A stretch of 64,000 nt of DNA from Epithemia pelagica (taxonomy: Eukaryota; Protista; Bacillariophyta), in contig OX337228.1 of NCBI GenBank assembly GCA_946965045.2, positions 1,116,001 to 1,180,000 on the forward strand, written 5' to 3'. Of the stretch, positions 9,788 to 21,237 are shown piece by piece. The position numbers were made by a program, and so were the translations under genes. The notes under the pieces were generated by a model, which made no database searches, had not been told where the DNA came from, and worked only from the letters and a program-made list of their open reading frames with translations. Position 1 is the stretch's first letter; each line of letters opens with the position of its first letter.

Positions 9788-10678
9788 AAGCTTTTTCCAA
9801 AAATCTATGCCTACTTTCCTGCTTGGTAGTGCTTCCCACATACTCCTCGAAGCTTTTTTTCAGAAAATCCCTGGTTGGAGGGGTTGGAGTAGTTAGTAGG
9901 AGTAGGTACTCCTAGTTTATTCTTTTCCTGAATGAAACTTACTCATACTCATAGGAGTAGCTTCCATCTCGACTCTATGATATATGATGCCTCCCTCGCC
10001 GTTACTATCGAGAATCGAGGTTACTGTCTCAAAAGCCGTGGACCACTCTGAATCAAAGGCATTTGAACTTCATTGGCTGAAAACTAATGATCTTTGCAAC
10101 GTGGTACTCCTATGCCACATGCCACGCTACCACTACACTGTTGGAGAAAAGAGCAGTGTTCTCTAGTACATGAGTCAAGAATTGAAAGTATGAGTACCAG
10201 AGCATTTGTTCATGCTTTTCGTATGTTTCATTGTCAACATTCAACTTGAGCTCACATTGGTCCCCCTGAATCTTTCCGAAAAAGACCTCGAGAGCTATTC
10301 CTCTCTAGACGAGTAGGAGAAGTAAGTAGCTGATGGAGCAGTGAAAGCCGTCGGTCAGGAAGCCTCATTGGAAGAAACCAGTGAAGAAAAGAACCTTTTG
10401 GATATATTTGGATCCCCTAATCTATTCCTCAAAAGTATCTAGGTGGGTACTCTCTAGCTAGAGAGCTCGTTTTCCTTTCTCTCTCTAGCTGGCGCCTTAT
10501 GCGCATAGCTACCATAGCCAGATGATGAAGAGGCCGAAGGTTCAATTTTTACCGCTTTTCGGGTTACTGATTTATTGAGAACAAGTATTGGAATCCAACA
10601 GGACAATAACCCCAAACCAAATTTTCTCCCTCTGCGATCCTTGTCCCAGATACCTTTGTATATTTGTATATCAATATC

Positions 10679-11252
10679 ATGGCAATTATAAGTAAGTCCA
10701 GCGTTGTTGTTGATACCTATTCTTTGAAAGCGAAATTGTGTGGAGGAGATGCTTTATTCACCGTCTCCGACACGAGAAACATTGGACTATACCGACCCTC
10801 ATCGTTGTGTTTTTGCGTTGCGTACAGAGGCTGGGAAGGTTGTAATAGTATTAGCTGGAAGACACGCAGGTAAAAAGGCTGTGGTTGTGAAGACCTTTGA
10901 CGATGGAACCAGTGATAAGCGATTCTCTCATTGCCTGGTGGCCGGTCTGGCGACGAATCCACGCAAGGTAACGAAAGCTATGGACAAGAAAAAGGTGGAA
11001 AAGAGATCAAAGACAATGAAGCCATTCGTGAAATACATCAATGTACGCCACATTTTCCCAACACGCTACGTTGTCGATTTGGATCTTAAAAAGGAAGTGG
11101 ATGAGGCAGATTTGGTTGACGTGGAACGGAAAGTTACCGTCAAGAAGAATCTGAAAAAACTGTTTTATGACCGATACATGAACCAAAAGGAAGTAACCTC
11201 TGAGAAGAAAGCGCAAGGGAGCTCTTATTTCTTCAAAAAGCTGCGATTTTAA
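10679..11252 (+). CDS. RPL27: 60S ribosomal protein L27 (eL27); exons 10679-10691 and 10828-11252
   Basis: The spliced start reads MAIIKAGKVVIVLAGRHAGKKAVVVK (KOW), followed by PFVKYIN..HIFPTRY and FFKKLRF. Intron GTAAGT...TACAG at 10692-10827. Confidence 0.97.
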
Positions 11253-12070
11253 GAGACACATTCTACGTCATAGTCATCTTACTCTCGAATATGGTAACAC
11301 AAAATTTGACTCTCCTCAATTTTGTCGCGAATCTCGAATGTGTATTTTATGGTCTGTATGTATGGCGTTCTCGTTCAGATATTAACAGGACCCTCAGTCT
11401 CCCCGACTATGGTAACGATTCGTCCAGGAACTAGTTAGACATGTGCGCGGACTTGTTGTGAAGGACGCCAGATCTATTGTTCTATTGCAAATTGCAAGAA
11501 GCATTATTTTACATCATTAGCAAAAAGTAAACAAAATTTGTACAAAAGTGTGTACAACAACTTGGTCATGACCTTTTCAATCCACTTCTTGCCGTACGGC
11601 ACTTGCGCCAAAATCTTCGAGAACGGGCGAAGAAGACACTAGCCGTCCAGCACAGGCCTTCGACCCATCAAGAAGACATAGATTGGCACGCTATGATAAC
11701 AGAAGCACACAGGAGACACTCGACGACCTGCGACGTTGAAGGACGAAGCGCTAAAGAAGACAGACTGGTTCAAATTCATCAACCCGAGCACAACATGAGT
11801 CAGGCAAAGTTCACAACCACGGAGGACAGATAGCCATGGAAGGCGATGGACCAGCACATTCAAATCGGTCGCCAATTTTGGAATCAGAACGATACTTTGC
11901 ATCAAGCCACAGCTGTCACCAAAAGTCGAACAAGATAGTATGCGATGAAGAAAGGTCGTCGCGGGTCTCAACTGATTCCGAGACGAGGTGGCTATGATGA
12001 TTCGGTTGAGCCTGACCAAGCCCAAGTCACGTTTTCCATGCGTTTGACCATCATGGACATGTGTGAGAAT

Positions 12071-15000
12071 TCAATGATCGGTTTTCCCGTTAGTTCGTTC
12101 CTGCTGAGTTGCATCCAATCTCAAATTTGAAAACATGGGCGAAACATCATCCACCACTTTGAGTAAACGTGGTATATTGCAGGGCTTACTTTCCATCACG
12201 TCCAAGCCTGCTTCTTTGAATTTCATCAACTCGCTACGCTCAAAATCATCCACGTAAGCAGCCGTCAAAGCACAAATGGGTTGACGAGCTCCAGGACGAG
12301 ACTTGTCTTCCCATTCTCGAAGCTTCTTCGTTGCTTCGAAACCATTCATGACAGGCATGTCGATATCCATGAATGCAATATCATAAATGGACGCCTTCAT
12401 TTTCTCGACTCCTTCTGCTCCATTAGCAGCAGTGTCAACAATGAAATTGGCATCTTCAAACGCCCGAGAAACCATCCGGCGGATGATGCGACTGTCATCG
12501 ATCACCAGAACTTTGCGTTTCAATCCACCTTGCCGCCAGCCATCCAGCCCACTGTTCATACAATGGTATCGTAACTGCCGTAAGATAGTCAAGGATGCTT
12601 CCGCATACTGCGTAAGGATAACATCATGATGCATGGGATCTTCCTCTTGTTCGATCATTTCGGCAGCTGCTGACTTCAACCGTTCGAGTTGCTGATCAAA
12701 TCTGGGAAACATGGATATCCTTTTCTTGGCCCTCCCAGATTTCTTTTCTTTCGCTGCAGCGCGCGATTCCATATTTACAGGGGCAGCATCGGCTTCTCGT
12801 GCCTCGTCTTGTTTCAGTTCTTTGTCGCTCGAGGATCCAGATGGCGATTGCATCTCTGCTAAATCATTCTGATGAGGCTTGTCCGGAGCATGCAAGCGAC
12901 CATCCGAGAGTTCCCTTGTCCAATGTGAAGTAGGTGCTGGCATGTCGCCATCGAGCTTGTCGATATCAATGCCAACCGACCCCTTCAAAGCTTCTCCCAA
13001 CGGCGGTAAGACGTCTCGAATTTCCTCCGCAACTTCACTATCAAGAGCTGCAAGTAAATCACCCCGTAACTTCAAGTTGACATACCCATCACTCCCACGA
13101 TCTCCGTCGCCACCATCGACATCATAGAAATACTTTTGCAGGACAGTGAGCTCATCATCGTCAAAGGGGATGCTACTGAGCCATCCAAGCATACGAAAAT
13201 AAGCATTCTGAGAAGGAATCCCGTGAACTTGGTTGATGTTGGAAACAAACTCTGGAGTCAAGAATCTTTGGTCCGATGAGTCGCTTCCGAGAGCAGACAT
13301 AACTCCAGGATCCATGGGAGCCACCCTCGAGCCTCGATGGCTCTCCATCCATTGTAGAATCGTCTTCATTTGTTCATCTTTACGTATGCGGAAGCATTCC
13401 TCGTTGCTTAAGTTTTGAGCAAACGGTTTGAGTGCACCGATTGCTACCATGGGTGGTCCTACCGCGTATCCGGCGAGTCTCTTCATTGGTACCCATCGAT
13501 TGGATATTATTCCAGCAGTTATGTGACATTGGGCTGCTTGGCCCAAGCAGCAATTGTCGAGATGAAGCTCTTCCAATCGCGGATGTTGTGCCAGGGTAAA
13601 GGCTAAGGCCATAGCTCCGGATATCTTCAAAATGTTGCCGGAGAGTCCAAGAAAGGTCACTGACTCACAGGCAATCAAACTGCGCATCAAGCTATTGATA
13701 CCACGACTTCCGATTTGATTAAAACTCAAATTCAAACGGGCAAGCGACTTCATACTTTGAAGAGAGGCTGCGACTAGCTGACAGCCCTGATCTCCAATAG
13801 CATTCTTGTCCAAGTCTAGACTCACCAGATTATGATGAAGTAGCTTGTTCATAATCTTTTCAATCCCTGAGGCTGTTATGGAGTTCGAAGCCAATCGCAA
13901 ATCCACCAAATCAACTTTTGATCGATTTGATACTATTTTGGTCAACTGAGTAGCGCCCTCGTCGCCAAGCGAATTGTTTGAGATGTCGATTCGGTCCAGA
14001 TACGGCAATGGAACCTGAGCTCCTGATACACTGCTGCTGTTTCGATTCGAGCTGCCACCGCCATTCCCTTCTAAACATCTCGATAGGACAGCAGCGCCAG
14101 CTGGACCGAAATGATTGGAAGATACGTTCAGCTCACGCATGGATGAGTGCGGTCCTAAGCCTTCCAACAATCGACCAAGTGCCTTCGGTCGCAATGATGT
14201 CGATGCCAAATGCAATACTTGTATACCAGAATGCTGATTCCAACAATTTTGCTCATTTTCCGAGGAGCGCTCACCAGCGGCAGAAGCGTGGTCTTTTCGT
14301 CGTTTGGATCGAGCGGAGGAGGAGGAAAAATCATCAAAATCATCATCATCTTCATCGTCACTTGAGTCACTGTCGTATCCCCCACTGGACCTGCTGTGTC
14401 TTTTCGAGCGATGTCTTCGGCTGGTTTGTCTCTTCAAAGTGGTGGAGAGTGCCAATGCTGTTCCTAGCGCGGATGCTGCAGCTTGTGTGACGTAGTTCCC
14501 TGAAAGAATAAGTCCTTTAATTGGACTCATGGATGGCTTCTTTTTCCGCTTTGCCAGCGCCTTTGCCAAGGCTAGGAATCCTTTTTCATCAATCCCACAA
14601 AACGATATATCGACAGTCTTCAAAGCCGTTCCTTCTTTGAACAAGGCTTCGCTCAAAATTTCAACGCCTACATTGCCAATGTAGGTGTAAGATAGGTTTA
14701 TAACGGACACCGGAGGGGGCGGACTGGCAAGAGAGGCCGACAAAGGTGGCGGAGGAAAGTTGTTTGCTGTTTCTGGAGGTGTCCGTCTTCTGGACGAGAT
14801 GTTTTGGCGGTTTGACCGACCTCCATAAAAAGAGCCGGGATCAGACTGAGGATGTTGCGGATGTAACGGGTCCAGAGCACCCCCTGGCTGTTGCTGTCTC
14901 AGTCGGTGCCATTGAAGCATATCGGACAAGGACATATTTGGTTGCTGCAGAGATTGCCACACCAAGGGAGCTACATCGTCAACTGGCAATTCTCCGGTCA

Positions 15001-16137
15001 AGACCATAGTTAGTAATCGCACTTCTTCGGGTTGTAACGATGTTGTTAATCCGAGGTCCAGTCGAATTCCCTTCCGAACCGATTCAATAATGGCAGAAGG
15101 ATCAAGGTTCTTTCGTCTCTGATTCTGTTGTTGGTCTTTGTCTGTGGCGCCCCCGTCCCCGCCTCCTGAGCTACTTTTACTTCCGCCGCCACCTCTTCCC
15201 TGTGTAGTGACAATTTCCAACAGCTGATGTAAATTGTCTGACGAAAAATCACCCACGGCCTGAGCATTCCGCGTTTCTTGCAATCGCGACAGAAGGACTT
15301 CCATTTCAATTGTTTCGTTCAAAAGGGTTCCAGAATCCTCTCGGTGCATTTGAGATGGAGGGTTGTTCGAGTCGTTGTTGTTATCGGTATTATTCGCCTT
15401 CGCGTCAGTTGATTCAGTGTTGGTACTGGAGTGAGTCAAACGAGCGGCTTGTGCTGCCTGCACAATTACTGCTGTGACCCGAATTCGACGATTCAACCAT
15501 TGCGCGGCGGCTATATCATCGACCAACCGTTCCACCAGTACCAGAACTCCTCCTCCAGGAATAATTGCACGGTGGTATTGTTGATTGGAAGATGGTGAAT
15601 TCATTTCCACCCACTGTAATGCTTTGCATGACAACCATATCCAATCACCTTCCAGAGTCCGCCGTCTGATAAAGACTTCGACATCGAATTCATGCTTATC
15701 CCAAAACTGCGATTTGACGCACAAGAATCCAGGAAGATCTTCGTCATACAAAGTATCGTATGTAGATGTCATCAACAGAGCTTCGGGCGGAAAGCCAATG
15801 GCGGAGTCAGAAGCTTCAACAATTGTACCTTTTCCATTTCGAAAACATGTGAGGGGAAGCGCATACACAATACGAGAGCGTGTATCGAAATTATTTTCTT
15901 ACCATCATTGGTTATTGTCATGTAGTGCTCTTTTGGTCGAGATGATGAGGGTGATTGATTCAACATGTTTTCCATATTTCCGGGGGTTTCCTCTTGCTGA
16001 TTTTGTTGCTGTTGGTATAGCAAATCCATCATCAAATTGTCTCCTGCCATTTGATCATTAGAAACACCTACAAGTTGTTGTTGTTGATGATGATGGTGCA
16101 GTTGTAGCAGTTGCTGCTGTTGTTGACTCAACAGCTT

Positions 16138-16178
<41 letters not shown>

Positions 16179-16458
16179 CTTGTTGTTGTTGCTGCTGCTG
16201 CTGTTGCTCGGAGGAGAACCACATACTGTCCACCACGTTTTGTGGCAGATGCTGTTGTGGTAATGGAGACTGATGATGAGGTTGGACCACAGACTCTTCC
16301 ATATGCTGCGGAAAGGTCTCAGGTTGTTCAGGAGCGCTATGATGATGATTTGGATCCAGTGAATCACCACCCGATCGGCGGCGCGCTCGGTTGCTCTCAT
16401 CTGCAGCCACGGCTTGCCGCAATGCCGCTTCCGCGGCCGCTTGTGCAGCCGCAATCAT
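12071..16458 (-). CDS. PolyQ / PAS-like / RNI-type LRR / response-regulator receiver protein; exons 16458-15903 and 15828-12071
   Basis: A 74-nt GT-AG intron (15902-15829) gives HYMTITNDG|TIVEASDSAIGFPPEALL...RRRTLEGDWIWL (PAS-like). LRRs include LDISNNSLGDEGA and LDLDKNAIGDQGC. The C-terminus VLVIDDS...FMDIDMPVMNGFEAT...ICALTA...KP is a REC domain. Confidence 0.88.
16122..16206 (-). repeat. CAA/CAG microsatellite encoding polyglutamine
   Basis: Long (TTG)/(CTG) run on the + strand, within exon 1 of the PAS-LRR-REC gene. Confidence 0.95.
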
Positions 16459-17641
16459 CGCACCTCTGCTAATGCCGTGAACGTTCTTTGCTTTGTTGTT
16501 GCCGTCCCTCAGATGTTGTCTTTCAGCGCGGATTGTCGGTAGCCTCTAGAGAGGTAATAGGTATTACCCTGTCGCTCTAGACTAGGTACTCCTACTCTAC
16601 AATTATATTCTTGTAGAGGAGTAGATCTGTAATAATTAATAATGTCTTCTTTCGCCTCTCGATATTCGATATGGGATTAGGATTTCGGATTTCCCGGATT
16701 ATTTCAGGAGATATTCTAAGTTCTAAGACATAAGACATAGCTAGCTAGAGCGTCTACTAGCTAGCTAGCTCTACACTCTAAGGTGGCGAAGTAGTGCACT
16801 CTAAGAAAATCTGTATTGTAGAGCTGTGTCATGAGTCAATCGCGCATGATGCTCAGCGCATGACGAAGATTTGTTCTCGCTCGAGAAATTCACATAGAGT
16901 CTACACCCTATCATTACGCTATTAACAGCTTCATGCTCCTCTATTTGTAGCATCGTGGTGCAAGTCTTGGTAGTCTCCTCTCCAACCGCTTGACTGTGGT
17001 CAAATAAAACCCAGTCTTCAGCGCGTGAGAGGTCAAGCAGAGAAAGCCATTGACACAGCTCTACCAATCAGCTCTCCCTTTCTCTCTCTCCCCTCTCTAT
17101 CTCTAATAGAGAGAGAGCTGAAGACTAGCTAGAGCAGCTTTCGATAGTATATACGAGAACAAGAGAAATACTAGAGATCTTTCAATTTTATTCTCTCTCT
17201 CTCTGTATAGTCAATCGCAGCGTCCGGCTGACAGTGAACAGACGCGTGCTTCTCTTTTCGGCTTTAATTCTAGGTAGGTACAAAACGTAACACGGAGTAA
17301 TTTTTAATGCCAACGTAAGAAAAAATAGAAAAATTAATCGAGCACCTTGATTGCGCCATCCCAACCAGCTTGTTTTGGAGTTTTTTAAAGACACTGATGA
17401 CTACTCGTACATGTACACTTATTATCACGAGCTCATACTTTACAACTTACAAGTCGGATTATTTCTTGGCGGAATGAGTATCAGAAATCAGAACATTCAG
17501 TATCATTTTTGATTCACTCTCCACACCACCATCCACCATATCTCTGAGGAGTAGGCTTTGCATCAGCGCATCAAGCGTCTGGAAACGGGCTAACACGGGA
17601 AACAACGGCAATCTAGAGAATCTAGACAATCACAGCACCCC

Positions 17642-18274
17642 TCGCAAAGGTTAAAGGGCGTCTGCCCAAACAGGAATGTGGTGAGTGTTAGGTTTTAGAG
17701 GCTGTACCAAAGCCTCAGCAGACAGAGAGCAAAGAGGACAATCAGGAGTCACCAACTACGTAGCCAGTTCCCCACGGGTCAAGGAAAAGGCCAACAACTA
17801 CTAGGAGAGTAGGTAGGACACAAAGAGATGTGATGAATGGTGAGATTTTAGATTGTGAGCTTTATTCTAGATTTGTATGTCTTTCCCCATGGCTGTCTTT
17901 GCTGCCACATTAGGTTATTATCCCCAGTACTGGGTACAGAGATCCTACGTGCATTTCTTCCCAAATGTACTAAGGCTACGAAGATCTACTGGGTCATATC
18001 TCTAATGTACCGTGGCTACGTATCCTGTACGTATCCTTGGATGATTCTCCATTTCCCAATGACCACAGGTTCTCACATGTATCTTTGATTCTCACATGTA
18101 AGCCAATGTTGGTAGTCCCGTCATGGTCAATGGCGCCAATCTCGTTTTCGATAGCATACCTAGAGAACTAGTTATGATAGTTCGAGTCTTGTCTACGGTG
18201 TGTTAAGTGAATCAACCACAAGAAGGTGTACTCCTTATCGAGACGACTCGATCGGATACCTATAACTTGTGCGA
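17642..18274 (-). repeat. 3' LTR (633 bp)
   Basis: No difference from 21238-21870 found by eye. Termini are TCGCA...TGCGA. Confidence 0.97.
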
Positions 18275-20063
18275 CTCCCCTTGATTCAGATTTACACACC
18301 AAATCAAATTGACACACCAAATTTCCAACAAATCTTGATTTCTCCCCAATTTCTCGTCCATAATGAACATTTGTCATTGAACGCATAGCTCGGCTAGTCA
18401 TGCTAGCATTGACACAGAAAACCATAGGTCCCCTAGGACTTAGTTTTCTCCAACTCTTTAAATTTCTCCCCATATTGTCTCCCCATGGCATGCCAAATCT
18501 AAGTCCATCATTTCCTTTATGATAGATGTGTTTGCCTCCACATGCCTCTGATGAATTTGTCGTCACAAAAGGTAGTGATCGTCCTCTATGTTTCATCTTG
18601 TGGATGAAGAGGAGATTGATAATGTAGCCATTGCTGATTCCATCATGATCGTCTAGAAAAATGATTTCATGGCTAATATTATGTTCATCGAAATAATCCT
18701 CCATTCCTGAGTCTTCTCCATCAATAAAATCATCATCACAACGATGGTTTCCCTTCTGAGCTCCACTTCCATTGCCATCATAGTTTACTTCTCCCCATTC
18801 GACTCTATTTGGGTAGTCAACATAGTGCGAAGTAGCTCTCTGTCCGTGTTTATCCGGTTGGTCTTTTTCCAAACATATTGCCCCCCTTTCTGATGTTGGA
18901 AGTTCTTTTTCCAGAACTAGTGCTCTCCCATTTGCTGCTGAAGGGGAATTCTTTGGAACTGTCACCCCCTCTTTGCATTTTGGTTGCGAGATTGATCTAG
19001 ATAGAACTAGCTTCTCTCCAAGCGATGCTAAATAGCTAGAACTAGTGTGATCGATCTTGACTCCAAGTTGATTGCCATCATAGCTAGCTTTAGGATTGTT
19101 CAAGGCTTCGTTGACTCCATTGCCAGCATAGCTAGATGAAAGGTTACCCATGATTTGTTCATTCTTGATATTACAAGAACCATCATCTTGGTTCATCTCT
19201 ATTCCATCATTCTGAACTCTCACTTTAGGTCTAGCCAAGTGATCAGATAGATTTCCCAGCTCTGCCCCAATTGGGTTGCCATTGTCTCCCAGCTTTGCCC
19301 CAGTTGCGTTGCCATGATCATTGTCTTGGATACCTACTTGGGTTCCAGATACAGAGCCAGGATTGATTCTCTGTGTGCGTCCAAATGCTTTGCCACCATG
19401 ATATTCGTGCTGTACTCCATGTGGGTATCCAATGCGAGGATACCTAATATTCATGTGGTTGCGCAAGACAACATAGTTTTTAGTCTTGAGTGTAATCTTG
19501 AATCTGAGTATGGTCCGTCTGTCAACCGAAGATATCTGTTTCGCGATGATGTCACACGTGTGATCAGAACTATCTAGTAGGACTAGACTTGGAAGAGGTA
19601 GATCAGGATCTAGATACTGATGATTGACGGAAAATTGGTCACGCCAGTCAACAAACTCTTGGTAGCTTAGATCTAGTAAGTCCGTATCACTGATTATCTT
19701 TCTCGTGAAATGCATCTTGTCAATAGCCCACATAGCTAGGTCCTCTAGTGCATATTCCACTGTTTTGGGTAGCAAAATAGGTTCCGATGTAGTTGGAGCT
19801 AGGAATCCATTTGTACTGTCGAGACCAAACTTGATGTCCATAGATAGAATCTCAACAACCTCAGAAAAAGAATCATAACCATTGTACTCCATCCAGGCAC
19901 AGAAAGGAACTAGGTATCGTGGACACTGGAATACAGTACAGAAGATGTGACCTAAACTTTCTAGATGAGTTTCCTCCAGTGCTAGATTCTCCCCAACACT
20001 CAGAGAGAAAGTCAGGTCAGCATTGCCTTGAGTCTCTGTCATACTTCTTGCTGTCTGATTCAT
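18168..20063 (-). CDS. 631-aa ORF: Gag N-terminal-like domain plus unrelated low-complexity tail running into the 3' LTR
   Basis: HIFCTVFQ..CAWMEYNGYDSFSEVV...LAMWAIDK...ISDTDLLDLSYQEFVDWR aligns with HIIFTVCQ..MKWMKYHGFENITHVI...LAYWAIYK...LSNSDWMNLTRKEFNTWR of the Copia Gag at 40578. Confidence 0.75.
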   Translation of the reverse strand: MNQTARSMTETQGNADLTFSLSVGENLALEETHLESLGHIFCTVFQCPRYLVPFCAWMEYNGYDSFSEVVEILSMDIKFGLDSTNGFLAPTTSEPILLPKTVEYALEDLAMWAIDKMHFTRKIISDTDLLDLSYQEFVDWRDQFSVNHQYLDPDLPLPSLVLLDSSDHTCDIIAKQISSVDRRTILRFKITLKTKNYVVLRNHMNIRYPRIGYPHGVQHEYHGGKAFGRTQRINPGSVSGTQVGIQDNDHGNATGAKLGDNGNPIGAELGNLSDHLARPKVRVQNDGIEMNQDDGSCNIKNEQIMGNLSSSYAGNGVNEALNNPKASYDGNQLGVKIDHTSSSYLASLGEKLVLSRSISQPKCKEGVTVPKNSPSAANGRALVLEKELPTSERGAICLEKDQPDKHGQRATSHYVDYPNRVEWGEVNYDGNGSGAQKGNHRCDDDFIDGEDSGMEDYFDEHNISHEIIFLDDHDGISNGYIINLLFIHKMKHRGRSLPFVTTNSSEACGGKHIYHKGNDGLRFGMPWGDNMGRNLKSWRKLSPRGPMVFCVNASMTSRAMRSMTNVHYGREIGEKSRFVGNLVCQFDLVCKSESRGVAQVIGIRSSRLDKEYTFLWLIHLTHRRQDSNYHN

Positions 20064-21237
20064 AAACTAGTGAGATAAGATTGTCGTTCCTACCGATGAT
20101 CCCTCTGGCTTGCCGCCACCAGGTGGTAGTCTACCCTAATCCGTCTCCCCAGTCGCAGAAAAACAGTGTGCCACACCCCCGATGGGGTGGGGTTGCCTTC
20201 GTCACCAAGACCCCGCCTTGAAGATTACTCTCTATCCTTCAGGTACTATAAGACTTCGTTTGATATTACAACCAAGCGATAAGATGATCCAAACTGGGAG
20301 TAATGCCAATGGGCTCGCTATGCGAAGCTATTTTGATATGGCGCACTTCCGCTGCAGGGTTTAGGCACAACTAACGTAAACGTTAAGTTGGCAACGTCTG
20401 ACAGTCTGTCCTTGTCTCCACACACCCGGGATTGCCAGTCCCTAGCTTAGTCTCCACGTGTAAGAAAATTTCAGTCCTTGATGCGACTCCAAGTCATGAT
20501 GATGACGTCATCCAAATCTCCAAGAAATTCACGGGACTCTCCAAAACGTGACTCCAAAAATGACAGAAACGCGACCGTCGCGGGAATTGATCATCCACGG
20601 AATGATATCGCAAATCTGTTCACAGCACAGAGAAGAGAGCCTGAACGCCTGGCGAGCGTCAGCAACAGATGCGTTGTGAGAAAGACAAAGGTGTGCCGGA
20701 ACACGCGAAGGAGTACCTGTTGAGTACTTGAACTTCGCCCCCCTTACGGTATCCAGCCGGTCTGTCAAGGATGGCCCTCTTTTCAGTCTTGCGACTTACT
20801 TGTACTTAAAGTACGGGATGGGGGAATACGACAGTCTCGAAGGACTGGGAATCTGGTTGCCCGTTGGATTGGTTACCCCGGATAGGTCCCCAGATTCTGG
20901 ATGAACAAAACACACCCCCAAATTTTCGGTTCACGTTACACAGAAAACTGACCCAATACAAAATCAGATGATCGCCACGCGCGAGTTCCCCCAAGCAACA
21001 AGACACGATCGTCTCACAAACAAAGGAGGTGAAAACTCGGAGAAGACAATCGAGAGCAGCAATCAACCAGATCCGACAACAAAGTCCACGGGACAGGCAA
21101 CAAGATGGACAAGAAACAGCAAAATGTTGTTTCCATCCACAAGGGATGATGAAAAGCCACAAGCAGAAGCAATCCAAGCAAGGAAAACAACAATCAACCA
21201 CAAACCTGACTCAGAGAGTCTGTTGAGACTGTTAATC

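Noticed and set aside
10338-10365. Hammerhead-like CTGATGG...GAAAG
   Set aside because: The core deviates from CUGANGA and the stems do not close.
10450-10465. Perfect 16-bp palindrome CTCTCTAGCTAGAGAG
   Set aside because: Low-complexity CT/AG sequence, common in intergenic DNA of this window.
10522-10570. Possible C/D snoRNA (ATGATGA...CTGA) upstream of RPL27
   Set aside because: Only ~49 nt, with no terminal stem and no recognisable rRNA antisense element.
10692-10827. snoRNA hosted in the RPL27 intron
   Set aside because: No C/D boxes and no convincing H/ACA hairpin pair.
11603-12130. Short ORFs between RPL27 and the PAS-LRR-REC gene
   Set aside because: No recognisable motifs; probably 3' UTR or intergenic.
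20806-21201. 131-aa Cys/hydrophobic ORF in the leader of the non-autonomous LTR element
   Set aside because: Non-ATG start; explained by low-complexity T/G-rich composition.
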